Notes: generated from the letters alone by a model not told the origin. 64,000 bases of DNA from an uncultured Chloroflexia bacterium (GCA_963698595.1 CAVORL010000006.1:50489-114488), one strand, 5' to 3'. Numbered from the stretch's first letter, positions 9,279 through 18,658 are shown. Translations and numbers: made by a program.

Positions 9279-9707
9279 CTAGGGCTGGGCCTCGAGGACC
9301 TGCTTGAGTTTCGCGAAGTCAGTTTCGTACTGCTTCCGTCCGGTGCCGGCGATGAGCGGCCAGAGCAGACGGCTGAACCCGGTCGGTTCGGCCGTGATCT
9401 CGACCCGCGTGCCCCCTGGGACCGTCGCGAAGTCGTACGCAGCCGTGAACGGGACGGGTTTGGTGACCTTGAAGGCGAACCGTCGGTCAGGTTCCCAGGC
9501 GGTCACCGTCCAGGCTGTCGTGACACGCCGGCCCATGGAGGATCGCACCTCCTCACCCGTCGAGCCCACGCCGATCGGCCCATCGGAGGTCACCTTCGCC
9601 TCGATCAGGCCTTGTTGCCAGAGGGTTTCGTTCTCCAGTCTGGCCAGGAATGCGAAGACCTCCTCGACCGGCCGATCAATGATGACGCTCTGCGCGAATC
9701 TCGCCAT
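9279..9707 (-). CDS. SRPBCC (START/polyketide cyclase-dehydrase-like) family protein; cassette 1
   Basis: 142 aa with the typical SRPBCC start (MARFAQSVIIDRPVEEVFAFL...). G-rich RBS, and a candidate -10 CATAAT at 9783-9788 (minus strand). Confidence 0.8.
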   Translation of the reverse strand: MARFAQSVIIDRPVEEVFAFLARLENETLWQQGLIEAKVTSDGPIGVGSTGEEVRSSMGRRVTTAWTVTAWEPDRRFAFKVTKPVPFTAAYDFATVPGGTRVEITAEPTGFSRLLWPLIAGTGRKQYETDFAKLKQVLEAQP

Positions 9708-9848
9708 GGCCCCTCGCCCCCCCTCGCTTGGGCCGCGAGGTCGTGCTTCGCTGCACGTGATCTAGCGGCTCAAACCTGCGGCATTATGCGCCGAAACCGG
9801 GAGCGCGAGGATCGACACGAACGATGTCCGCGAGCCTCGATCCCCCCA

Positions 9849-9931
9849 CCGACCGGGCAGGCCACGCCCGTCCCGTGGTCCGGGCAGTAGCCGTTCGGGT
9901 TCCTCGCGGACGAAGGTATGACTGATCGACC
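9849..9931 (-). repeat. msrA 3'-end copy B (displaced pseudo-3' end)
   Basis: 9849-9902 is 54/54 identical to the matching part of copies A and C. The flank 9903-9931 is related to the flank of copy A (shared GACTGATCG). Confidence 0.9.
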
Positions 9932-9938
9932 GCGGGCT

Positions 9939-10295
9939 TCAGGTCGCCAGTTCGGCCGCCTCTCGAAGCCAGTCGACCACCTGGTCATCGACATCGTTGA
10001 CGCCCTGGATCTCCAGGTGGTGCATCCAGTGCTTCGGTGATGGGTGGACGATCTCCTTGAACCGCTGCGACTCAGCGCGCCGGCCGAGTGCGAACGAGAG
10101 GACCACGTCCGCTCCGGGATGCTTGAGGTATTGCCCAGGGACCCAGAGATAGGCGAAGCCGCGCAAGCGATGGAAGGCAACTTGGCTCTTCGATGTGCGG
10201 ACCTCGACCGGTCCAAGGGCCTCGAGCGCCGAGTGGACACGCTCGAAGACCGCAAGGGCGACCGGATTGCCGGCGAGCAGCTCCTCGGGTTCCAC
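9939..10295 (-). CDS. DUF5655-like small protein; cassette 2
   Basis: 118-aa ORF starting at a GTG 9 nt after the msrA stop. Resembles DUF5655 (VEVRTSKSQVAFHRLRGFAYLW). Family call is from memory. Confidence 0.65.
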   Translation of the reverse strand: MEPEELLAGNPVALAVFERVHSALEALGPVEVRTSKSQVAFHRLRGFAYLWVPGQYLKHPGADVVLSFALGRRAESQRFKEIVHPSPKHWMHHLEIQGVNDVDDQVVDWLREAAELAT

Positions 10296-10304
10296 CAGCC
10301 AAGT

Positions 10305-10985
10305 CTAGTCGGCAGCGGATCGCACTCCCAGCCCGACCGGGCAGGCCACGCCCGTCCCGTGGTCCGGGCAGTAGCCGTTCGGGTTCTTGTCGAGGTACTG
10401 CTGGTGGTAGTCCTCGGCGTAGTAGAAGGGGGTCGCGTCGGCGATCTCCGTCGTGATCGCCCCGTGGCCGGCCGCCGTCAGGCTCGCCTGGTACGCGTCG
10501 CGTGAGGCTGCGGCCGTCGCGCGCTGTCCGGCGTCGAAGACCTGGATCACGGAGCGGTACTGGGTCCCGCGGTCATTGCCCTGGCGCATCCCCTGGGTGG
10601 GGTCGTGATGCTCCCAGAAGACGCGGAGCAGCTCGGCGTAGGTGACGAGCGCCGGGTCGAAGACGACGCGGACCACCTCCGCGTGGCCGGTCCGCCCCGA
10701 GCAGACCTCCTCGTAGGTGGGATTCGGGGTGAAGCCGCCGGCGTAGCCGACGGAGCTCGAGATCACGCCAGGCGTCTGCCAGAAGGTCTTCTCGGCGCCC
10801 CAGAAGCAGCCCAGGCCAAAGACGGCCTCCTGCGCGCCGTCGGGGAGCGGGCCGGCGAGCGGCGTGCCAAGGACCGTGTGCCGGTCCGGGACGGCCATCG
10901 GCTCGTCCCGCCCGGGAAGGGCGTCGGCGGGGGAGGGGAGGGTCTGCTTGGTGTTGTCGGCGAACAGGATGTCGAGGATGCCCAA
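10305..10985 (-). CDS. msrA: Peptide-methionine (S)-S-oxide reductase MsrA
   Basis: [10 protein letters not shown] active site, [51 protein letters not shown] start at 10985 with GGAG 7 nt upstream aligns with the E. coli MsrA N-terminus (SPADALPGR). Confidence 0.9.
   Translation of the reverse strand: MGILDILFADNTKQTLPSPADALPGRDEPMAVPDRHTVLGTPLAGPLPDGAQEAVFGLGCFWGAEKTFWQTPGVISSSVGYAGGFTPNPTYEEVCSGRTGHAEVVRVVFDPALVTYAELLRVFWEHHDPTQGMRQGNDRGTQYRSVIQVFDAGQRATAAASRDAYQASLTAAGHGAITTEIADATPFYYAEDYHQQYLDKNPNGYCPDHGTGVACPVGLGVRSAAD
10327..10386 (-). repeat. msrA 3'-end copy C (the functional end of msrA)
   Basis: Encodes [20 protein letters not shown] inside msrA. Identical to copy A over 60 bp and to copy B over 54 bp. 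Confidence 0.9.
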
Positions 10986-11307
10986 GGGTGTGCTCCGTGC
11001 GGCTACCGGGATCGTAGCAAGTCGAGCGTGACGCGCTGATGACCGGATCCCCCGGGGGGGGCCGCAGTGGCGGTCGCACCCCGCAGGGGCGACCGCGGCC
11101 CCCACCGGCGACGCGGGCCGCCCGGGGTGGAGAGGACCCCGACCTGGTCATGCGTGCGCCAAGCCCGCCCGATCGGACGCGCAGCGTCGCGGTTGGCTGC
11201 CGCGGCCGTGCCCGTGGTTACGGTCGGTGCCCTCGGTCCGCGCTGTCGTCCGGAGGCGCGAGCGCGGCCGGCCGCGCAAGGCAACGACGCGGAGGGCGCG
11301 GGGCCGG

Positions 11308-11508
11308 TCAGTCGAAGTCGAAGATCCCGCGGCCGGCAGAGAACTGCAGCACGAGCCCGCAGCCCTTGCAGATCCTCAGCACGAGCTTGTGGCTCGTGAT
11401 GCCCCAGCGCGAGTCCATGCGGCCCTTCTGCTGGTCGAACTGGGTCCCGCCGCAGAGCGGGCACTTCAGCACGGGCCGGGCGGCCTCCTCGGCGCGTTCC
11501 CAGGTCAT
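11308..11508 (-). CDS. Small zinc-ribbon protein (66 aa, two CxxC pairs)
   Basis: MTWERAEE...KCPLCGGTQF...ICKGCGLV. Strong AAGGAG RBS before ATG 11508. Confidence 0.65.
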   Translation of the reverse strand: MTWERAEEAARPVLKCPLCGGTQFDQQKGRMDSRWGITSHKLVLRICKGCGLVLQFSAGRGIFDFD

Positions 11509-11542
11509 GTCCAGCTCCTTCCCGCACCGAGGCGAGGTTGTC

Positions 11543-11974
11543 TCACGGGTGCTCGTCCCCAGGCGATGCCACCGGGACGACGAGCGTGGCGAAGAGGTGG
11601 TCCAGCATCGCCGCCGGGTCTGCCGTGAGGCCAGTGTGCGCCTCCGACGGCTGGATGATCGTCGACGAGGGCGCCACGAGCCAGTGATAGCGCTCCGGCT
11701 GCGCAAGGGCGGCGATCGGCCCTCCGGCCGGGTTGCCGGCCGCGATCTTCTCGATCGCGTCGAGGTGCGACCAGACGTCCGCCGGGCAGCAGGTTGGGTC
11801 AAGGGCCTGAAGGCGCGCCTCGTCGAGGGCGACGCGCGCCCCGAGGAACCGCTTCGGCCGGCAGAGCAGGACGATCCCGGCGTTCATCGATTCGCCGCGG
11901 TCGACGCGCGGCACGACGCGCACGATGGCGTACGCGAAGGGGTGGAGCGCGGGATCAGGCGCCGGTGCGGGCAC
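11543..11974 (-). CDS. DUF3037 domain protein
   Basis: FAYAIVRVVPRVDRGESMNAGIVLLC... resembles DUF3037. The GTG 11974 start is tentative and overlaps the upstream kinase gene by 20 nt. Confidence 0.65.
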   Translation of the reverse strand: MPAPAPDPALHPFAYAIVRVVPRVDRGESMNAGIVLLCRPKRFLGARVALDEARLQALDPTCCPADVWSHLDAIEKIAAGNPAGGPIAALAQPERYHWLVAPSSTIIQPSEAHTGLTADPAAMLDHLFATLVVPVASPGDEHP

Positions 11975-12743
11975 GCTCTGCCTCCTCCACGAATGCCCGC
12001 GGGGCATCCAGCCGTGCCCGCAGGTAGTCGACGTAGGCCCGTCGATTGTCCGCCACCGAGGCGAAGGTCGGATCCCCGTCGAGCCACGCGTCGGGGACGG
12101 CGTCGACAAGCTGGCCCAGGAGGTCGTCGCTGACGAGCGGCGCGAGGCGGGCATCGGCCTCCTCGATCGAGCCGGCGAACGGCAGCAGCACGTGGTCGCG
12201 GACCTGCGGGAACGGGCGCGAGGAATGCGCCGGATCGCGGGTCGCGTCGGCCCAGCGGTGGTGCACGTACAGCGCTGCGCCGTGGTCGATCCCGTGGAGC
12301 CGGCGGTGCCAGACGAGAAGGTTCGGATTGCGCGGTGTCCGGTCGACATTGAGCGTGAGCGCGTCGAGCCACACGAAGGCGGCAGCGAGCTCGGGATCCG
12401 GCGCGGGCCCGACCGCGGGCGCGAAACCGAGTGCCCCCGGCAGGAAGTCGACGCCGAGGTTGGTCCCCGGGGATCGATCCAGGAGCTCCTTCACCTCCCA
12501 GTGGGGCTCACCGGCCGCGAAACGCGAGTCGAGCTCGACGAGCACCTGCTCGGGCACGGGCAGGCCCAGCGCCCGGGCCAGCTCGCCGACGATCACCTCG
12601 GCGACGAGCGCCTTGGGGCCCTGGCCTGCGCCATGGAACTTGACGACGTAGAGGCCGTCGTCGTCCGCCTCGCACAGGCCGGGGAGGGAGCCGCCTTCGC
12701 GGAACGGCGTGACGTAGCGAGTCGCGGTGACGGTCCGAAGCAT
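11955..12743 (-). CDS. HipA-like (HipA-family) serine/threonine kinase, short form
   Basis: GGSLPGL...YVVKFHG, catalytic-loop-like LTLNVDRTPRNPNLL and HGIDHGAAL. 262 aa, without the HipA N-terminal domains. Confidence 0.7.
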   Translation of the reverse strand: MLRTVTATRYVTPFREGGSLPGLCEADDDGLYVVKFHGAGQGPKALVAEVIVGELARALGLPVPEQVLVELDSRFAAGEPHWEVKELLDRSPGTNLGVDFLPGALGFAPAVGPAPDPELAAAFVWLDALTLNVDRTPRNPNLLVWHRRLHGIDHGAALYVHHRWADATRDPAHSSRPFPQVRDHVLLPFAGSIEEADARLAPLVSDDLLGQLVDAVPDAWLDGDPTFASVADNRRAYVDYLRARLDAPRAFVEEAERARTGA

Positions 12744-12817
12744 CGGGTGGAGTGTACGGGCCGACTCCGTCGGGAGTGTCCCCGCGGGGCCGCGGGGCCG
12801 CGGGACGTGACCCCGCC

Positions 12818-14005
12818 TCAACCCTTCACCACGCCCAGCGGGGCCAGGCGGCGGACCGGCCGGACCAGGTCGGCCGAGGCCGCCATCACCGCCTCGATGT
12901 CCTTGTAGGCGAACCCGCCCTCCTCGGCAACGGCGCGCCGATCGCCGGCCAGCAGGACGATGCCCGCGGCACACATGGCGTCGAGGACGGTCGCCGGCGC
13001 TCGCGCCTTCCGGGCCGCCGTCCGGCTCATCGCGCGGCCCGCCCCGTGCTGGCAGGTCTCGAACGCGGCGGCGTTCCCGAGCCCGACGCCGACGTAGGAG
13101 GCGGTCTCCATGCTGCCCGGCACGAGCACCGGCTCGCCGGCTCGGGCGCGGACGGCGCCCTTGCGATGGACGAACCCCGTCCGCGGTGTGCCGGCCACGA
13201 CATGTGTCTCGCGGGCAGCGTCGTTGTGGTGGATGTCGACCGTGCGCGCGAAACGGCCGATGCGGGTGTGCGCCCCGAAGGCCCGCTCGACGGCGTCGAG
13301 CATCCGCGAGCGGTTCACCTCGGCAAACCGCCGGGCGTACGTCATGGAGGCCCAGTAGGCCTCGAACTCGGGAGAGCCCTCCCGCAGGTAGGCAAGCTCG
13401 CGGTGGGGGAGCGGGTCGCCGCGCGCGAGGTTGCCGGCCAGGGCCCGCCGCTGGAACGCGTCGCAGATCGCCTTGCCCAGGCTCCGCGAGCCGGAGTGGA
13501 GCATCACGCAGACCTGCCCGTCGGCGTCTCGCTGGACTTCGACGAAGTGATTCCCGGATCCCAGCGTGCCCAGCTGGTCGATCCCCCGCGCCCACCATGC
13601 GGGCTCGATCGAGGGCGGCCGCTCGAGGCCGATCTCCAGCTCGGCGCGCCCGTGGTCGACGGGCCGCGGCTGGCTCCTCGTCCCGGTCGGCACCGCCCCC
13701 TCGATCGCCTCGAGCACCGCCCGCAGGCCGCGCCGTCCCAGGGAGGCGACCGTGAGGTCGGTCTCGGCGAGGGAGACTCCGCAGCCGATGTCGACGCCGA
13801 TCGCGTACGGGACGACCGCGGCCTCGGCGAAGAGGACGCCGCCGATCGGCATCCCGTAGCCGGCGTGGACGTCCGGCATGAGTGCCACGTGGTCGATGGC
13901 GAACGGCAGCCGTGCGAGATTGATTGCCTGGTCCAGCGCCGAGGGCTCGACAGCGGGAGCCCATGAATGGATGGGCACGCCGCCGGGGACCGGGATCACC
14001 TGCAT
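12818..14005 (-). CDS. rtcB: RNA 3'-phosphate splicing ligase RtcB
   Basis: MPDVHAGYGMPIGG, GVDIGCG, LGSGNHFVEVQ, HSGSRSLG, CQHGAGR, GGFAYKD. ATG at 14005. Confidence 0.9.
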   Translation of the reverse strand: MQVIPVPGGVPIHSWAPAVEPSALDQAINLARLPFAIDHVALMPDVHAGYGMPIGGVLFAEAAVVPYAIGVDIGCGVSLAETDLTVASLGRRGLRAVLEAIEGAVPTGTRSQPRPVDHGRAELEIGLERPPSIEPAWWARGIDQLGTLGSGNHFVEVQRDADGQVCVMLHSGSRSLGKAICDAFQRRALAGNLARGDPLPHRELAYLREGSPEFEAYWASMTYARRFAEVNRSRMLDAVERAFGAHTRIGRFARTVDIHHNDAARETHVVAGTPRTGFVHRKGAVRARAGEPVLVPGSMETASYVGVGLGNAAAFETCQHGAGRAMSRTAARKARAPATVLDAMCAAGIVLLAGDRRAVAEEGGFAYKDIEAVMAASADLVRPVRRLAPLGVVKG

Positions 14006-14181
14006 GCTGTCGAGGGTAGGCCGGGCGCTGCCCGCTGGCGAGGGGCGAGGCGCCCGAATGTGGGCGTGCCCGCCGGAGGGTCCGGGTCGGGCCTCAGCGA
14101 GCGCGTCGGGCGTGGCGCAGGCGAGCCCGGACCTTGGCCGGATCCGGAGTGGTCGGGCTGGCTCGGCGGCGCCCATGGGGG

Positions 14182-15312
14182 TCAATCGCCCAGACAGGTC
14201 CCGACGTGCCGGGCGGTCGCGATCCAGGAGTGGTCGACCGGGACCGTCTTCCGGTGCCCGGCCACCTCGTTGAGGGCCACCGCCCTGGTTCCGTCACCCC
14301 GAGCGGCCACCATGACGCCGTACCTGCCGGCCGCCACGAGGTCCGCGGCGGCGCTCCCCAGGCGAGTCGCGAGAAGCCGGTCGACGGGAGATGGCGTCCC
14401 GCCTCGCTGGATGTAGCCCAGGATGGAGAGGCGCGACTCGAGGCCGGTCAACTGCTCCAGCTCATGGGCCAGGCGGAGCGTGTTCCCCAGGTGCTGGCTC
14501 TCCAGGAGCGCGATCTCGGCGCGCGCCGCCTCCTTCTCCGCCGGGTCGTCGGCCCGGTCGGCCCGCCCCTGGGCCGCACCCAATGCGGCGGCGTCCTCGA
14601 CGCTGCGAGCTCCCTCGGCCACCGCCACGATGCTGAAGTTCGTGCCCCGCCGGACCCGGTCCTTGATCGCGGAGGCGACGCTCGCGACCTGGTAGGGGAT
14701 CTCCGGGATGAGGATGACGTCGGCGCCGCCGGCGAGCCCCGCGCCGAGCGCCAGCCAGCCCGCCCGGTGCCCCATCACCTCGGTGACGATGATCCGGTGG
14801 TGGCTGTGGGCCGTGCTGTGCAGCCGGTCGATCGCGTCCGTCGCGATCTCCAGGGCGGTCGCGTAGCCGATCGTCGCGTCGGTCGCCGCGAGGTCGTTGT
14901 CGATCGTCTTGGGGATCGTCAGGACGTTCAGGCCGGCCCGCTGGAGCCGGAGGGCGTTCTTGGCCGTGCCCCCGCCCCCCAGGCAGACGACCGCGTCCAG
15001 GCCGGCCTCCCTGACGGTCGCCGCGATCGCGTCGGTCATGTCCCGGACCTCGCCCTCGACGAGCATCCTGTGGGGCTTGTCGCGGCTGGTGCCGAGGATC
15101 GTGCCGCCGACCGTCAGGATGTTGGAGAGCGTCGTCGTGTCGAGGTGGACCGACCGGTTCTCCGCCAGGCCGCGGAACCCGTCGCGGAACCCGACGAGCT
15201 CCATCCCATGTGTGCTGATCGCGGCCTTGCCGAAGCCGCGGATCGCCGCGTTGAGGCCGGGGCTGTCGCCGCCCGCGGTGAGGATTCCGACGCGGCGTGG
15301 TTTCACCATCAC
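14182..15312 (-). CDS. pfkA: 6-phosphofructokinase (PfkA family) with an internal insertion and an atypical GGGG motif
   Basis: [43 protein letters not shown]. coli VIGGDGS corresponds here to CLGGGGT. Confidence 0.9.
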   Translation of the reverse strand: MMVKPRRVGILTAGGDSPGLNAAIRGFGKAAISTHGMELVGFRDGFRGLAENRSVHLDTTTLSNILTVGGTILGTSRDKPHRMLVEGEVRDMTDAIAATVREAGLDAVVCLGGGGTAKNALRLQRAGLNVLTIPKTIDNDLAATDATIGYATALEIATDAIDRLHSTAHSHHRIIVTEVMGHRAGWLALGAGLAGGADVILIPEIPYQVASVASAIKDRVRRGTNFSIVAVAEGARSVEDAAALGAAQGRADRADDPAEKEAARAEIALLESQHLGNTLRLAHELEQLTGLESRLSILGYIQRGGTPSPVDRLLATRLGSAAADLVAAGRYGVMVAARGDGTRAVALNEVAGHRKTVPVDHSWIATARHVGTCLGD

Positions 15313-15460
15313 GGAATCCTACGCCGGGCGTTCCCGCCGCGTGAATGCACGGCGTCGCACTCGGACCAACCGGGCCGGCCACCGGGACGGCACCAGGTCG
15401 GCGGCTGAACGCGGCACGCCGCGGCGCTGGCCGGATCCCGACCGGGCGGGCCCGTGAGGA

Positions 15461-18400
15461 TCAGCTGCAGCCGCTCGTGGAGCCGCAGTTGAGGCACTTG
15501 TAGCAGCTGCCGTTGCGGACCATGATCGAGCCGCAGTCCATGCAGGACGGGGCGTCCTCCTGGATCGTGAAGGCGGTCCGTTCCGCGCCCAGCGAGGCTG
15601 CCACCGCGCTCGCGGCGGTCGTCCTCCCGTTTCCGTTGCCGTTGGCGTGGCCGTTCTTCGCCGGCTTCACGACGGTCACGTCGATCCTGCCGCTCGGTGC
15701 CGGCGGCTCGGCCTTTGCGGGGGCGGTGGCAACCGCCGTGGCCCTGGGGGCCGGGGGCTCCGCCGAGGCGTCGACCGCGGGGGGCGCGGTCGCCTCATCG
15801 ACTGCCAGCGGACCCTCCTCCGCCTCGGGGGCGTAGGCCGTGGCCGGGCTGCCGAAGGCGAACGGGGCGGCCGGGACGATGTTGCCGCGGTCCTGGATCC
15901 CCAGCGCGGCACGCTCGTCGCCGCCCAGGAAGCGGCTGCCGAGCCAGCGGAAGATGTAGTCCACGACGGACTTCGCGATCGGGATCTCGCTGTTCCCGGT
16001 GAACCCCGACGGCTCGAAGCGGACGTGGGCGAACTTGTTCACCAGGTCCCGCAGCGGCACGCCGTACTGGAGGGCGAGGCTGATCGCGGTGGCGACGGTG
16101 TCCATGAGTCCGGAGACCGTGGACCCCTCCTTGGCCATCTTGAGGAAGATCTCGCCCGGCTGGCCGTCGGGGTAGAGGCCGACGGTGATGTATCCCTCGT
16201 GGCCGGAGATCTCGAACTTGTGGGTCACCGCGGTCCGCTCGGCCGGGAGCCGGTGGCGATGCGGCTTGACCGCCTCCTCCTGGGCCACGGAGAGCTGCTT
16301 CCGGAGCTCCGCCACGAGCTCGCTCGCCTCCTTCGTCTCGTCGTCCGTCTTGAGCCTGCTGGTGCTGAGCGGCTGGCTTCGCTTGCTGTTGTCGCGGTAG
16401 ATCGCGATCGCCTTGAGACCGAGCCGCCAGCCCTCCAGGTAGATCTGCTCGATCTCCTCGACCGTCGCCGTCTCCGGCATGTTGACCGTCTTGCTGATGG
16501 CACCCGAGAGGAACGGCTGGACCGCCGCCATCATCCGGACGTGGCCCATCGGCAGGATGGAGCGGGTGCCGTTGCGCGGCTTGAAGGCGCAGTCGAAGAC
16601 GCTGAGGTGCCCGGGCCGGAGGCCCGGCGCCCCCTCGATCGTCTCGCGCTCATCGATGAAGGCCACGATCTCCTCGACCTGGGTCGAGGTGTACCCGAGC
16701 TCGCGGAGGGCGCCCGGGACCGTGTTGTTGACGATCTTGAGGTAGCCCTCGCCGACGAGCTTCTTGTACTTGACGAGCGCGATGTCGGGCTCTATGCCCG
16801 TGGTGTCGCAGTCCATCATGAACGCGATCGTGCCCGTCGGGGCCAGCAGGGTGGTCTGCGCGTTGCGGTAGCCGTGCTGCTCGCCGAGCTCATAGGTCTC
16901 GTGCCACAGCTCGCGGGCCGTGGCCAGGAGCGGGGCGGGGACCGCGTCGGAGGGGATCCCGCGGGCCGCGTCGCGGTGCATGCCGATCACGTGCATGAAC
17001 GGCTCGCGGTTCTTCTCGAACTCGATGAAGGGGCCGCCGTGGTCACGGGCGATGACGGCGCTCTGGCGGTACGCCTCGGCGGTCATGATCGAGGTGAGGG
17101 CGGCGGCGTAGGCCTGACCCTCCGGCGAGTCGTAGGCGAGGCCGCGGCTCATGAGGAGCGCGCCGAGGTTGGCGTAGCCGAGACCCAGCGGCCGGAAGCG
17201 GTGGCTGTTCTCCTCGATCTTCGGCGTCGGGTAGCTCGCGTTGTCGACGAGGATCTCCTGCGCGGTGATCGTCACGCGGCAGGCATGCCGGTAGGCGTCG
17301 ATGTCGAGCTCGCCGTCCTCGCCCACGAACTTCATGAGGTTGACCGACGCCAGGTTGCAGGAGGTGTCGTTCAGGAAGCTGAACTCGGAGCACGGGTTGG
17401 TCGCGTACTGGCGATCCGAGGCGGAGACCGGGTTCCACGCGTTGATCGTGGTGTCGTACTGGATGCCGGGATCGCCGCAGACATGGGCGGCCTCCGCCAT
17501 GCGGCGGAAGATCTCGCGGGCGTGGTGGGTGTCCATTGGCGCCCCGCCGACGACTGCGTGGGTGGTCCACTCGCCGTCGGTCTCGACGGCGCGCATGAAC
17601 TCGTCGGTCACGCGGACGGAGTGGTTCGCGTTCTGGAAGAAGACGCTGGCGTAGGCCTCGCCGGTGAACGACGGGTCATAGCCCTGCTCGATGAGGGCCC
17701 ATGCCTTCTGCTCCTCGAGCTTCTTGCTGTCGATGAAGTCGAGGATGTCGGGATGGCCCGCGTCGAGGATCACCATCTTCGCCGCGCGGCGGGTCTTGCC
17801 GCCCGACTTGACGACGCCCGCGAAGGAGTCGTAGCCCTTCATGAAGCTGACGGGTCCGGACGCCGTCCCGCCACCGGCCATCTTCTCGCGCGAGGAACGG
17901 ATCGGGGAGAGGTTGGAGCCGGCACCGGAGCCGAACTTGAAGAGCATCGCCTCGGTCTTCGCGAGGTCCATGATGCTGCTCATCGAGTCCTGCACGGAGT
18001 TGATGAAGCACGCCGAGCACTGCGGCTTGGCCTCGATCCCGACGTTGAACCAGACCGGCGAGTTGAAGCTCATCTTCTGGTTCACGAGGAGGTGCGTCAG
18101 CTCGGCGGTGAAGGCCTCGAGATCGTCGCGCGTCGCGAAGTAGCGCTGGGTCTCCGCCCAGGCCGCGATCGCGAGGACCACCCGGTCGATGAGCTGGCGG
18201 ACGCTCGTCTCCCGCTCGGGCGTGTTGAGGTGGCCCCGGAAGTACTTGCTGACGACGACGTTCGTCGCGAGCTGGCTCCAGGCGGCCGGGACCTCCACGT
18301 CCTTCTGCTCGAAGACGAGCTTGCCGGACTCGTTCCCGATCGCCGCGGTCCGGATCTCCCACAAGGTCTCGTCGTAGGGGTGGACGCCGGGCCGGGTCCA

Positions 18401-18658
18401 GAGCCGCTCGAAGGTGAGCCCGCGGTTGCCCTCCCCGGTGAAGCGGAGGGCGGCCATGGCGGCCGCAGAGGCCTCATCCGCGCGCGCTCGGATGGCCGCG
18501 GCATCGGCGAAGGCGGCCTCGGTCCGCGCCGTGACGGCCTCGGCGCTCCCGTGCGGCACGCCGGCGGCGCGCGCCGCGCCGGACGCGGCCTTGCGGGCCT
18601 TGGCGGGCTTGGCGTCCTGGGGGAAGACGGGGACGACGTCGTGGACGACTCGGGCCAT
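15461..18658 (-). CDS. nrdJ: Adenosylcobalamin-dependent (class II) ribonucleotide reductase NrdJ
   Basis: 1065 aa. TNPCSEF catalytic Cys region, Ala/Pro-rich linker and C-terminal Cys4 ribbon (CMDCGS...CYKCLNCGS). ATG 18658 is preceded by GGAAGAGGAG. Confidence 0.92.
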   Translation of the reverse strand: MARVVHDVVPVFPQDAKPAKARKAASGAARAAGVPHGSAEAVTARTEAAFADAAAIRARADEASAAAMAALRFTGEGNRGLTFERLWTRPGVHPYDETLWEIRTAAIGNESGKLVFEQKDVEVPAAWSQLATNVVVSKYFRGHLNTPERETSVRQLIDRVVLAIAAWAETQRYFATRDDLEAFTAELTHLLVNQKMSFNSPVWFNVGIEAKPQCSACFINSVQDSMSSIMDLAKTEAMLFKFGSGAGSNLSPIRSSREKMAGGGTASGPVSFMKGYDSFAGVVKSGGKTRRAAKMVILDAGHPDILDFIDSKKLEEQKAWALIEQGYDPSFTGEAYASVFFQNANHSVRVTDEFMRAVETDGEWTTHAVVGGAPMDTHHAREIFRRMAEAAHVCGDPGIQYDTTINAWNPVSASDRQYATNPCSEFSFLNDTSCNLASVNLMKFVGEDGELDIDAYRHACRVTITAQEILVDNASYPTPKIEENSHRFRPLGLGYANLGALLMSRGLAYDSPEGQAYAAALTSIMTAEAYRQSAVIARDHGGPFIEFEKNREPFMHVIGMHRDAARGIPSDAVPAPLLATARELWHETYELGEQHGYRNAQTTLLAPTGTIAFMMDCDTTGIEPDIALVKYKKLVGEGYLKIVNNTVPGALRELGYTSTQVEEIVAFIDERETIEGAPGLRPGHLSVFDCAFKPRNGTRSILPMGHVRMMAAVQPFLSGAISKTVNMPETATVEEIEQIYLEGWRLGLKAIAIYRDNSKRSQPLSTSRLKTDDETKEASELVAELRKQLSVAQEEAVKPHRHRLPAERTAVTHKFEISGHEGYITVGLYPDGQPGEIFLKMAKEGSTVSGLMDTVATAISLALQYGVPLRDLVNKFAHVRFEPSGFTGNSEIPIAKSVVDYIFRWLGSRFLGGDERAALGIQDRGNIVPAAPFAFGSPATAYAPEAEEGPLAVDEATAPPAVDASAEPPAPRATAVATAPAKAEPPAPSGRIDVTVVKPAKNGHANGNGNGRTTAASAVAASLGAERTAFTIQEDAPSCMDCGSIMVRNGSCYKCLNCGSTSGCS

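Noticed and set aside
9770-10255. 161-aa minus-strand ORF containing [18 protein letters not shown], as a possible second msrA-like gene.
   Set aside because: Only the ~18 residues from the repeat are MsrA-like. The rest is an off-frame reading of the DUF5655 gene and the spacer. It is better explained as pseudo-3' end copy B.
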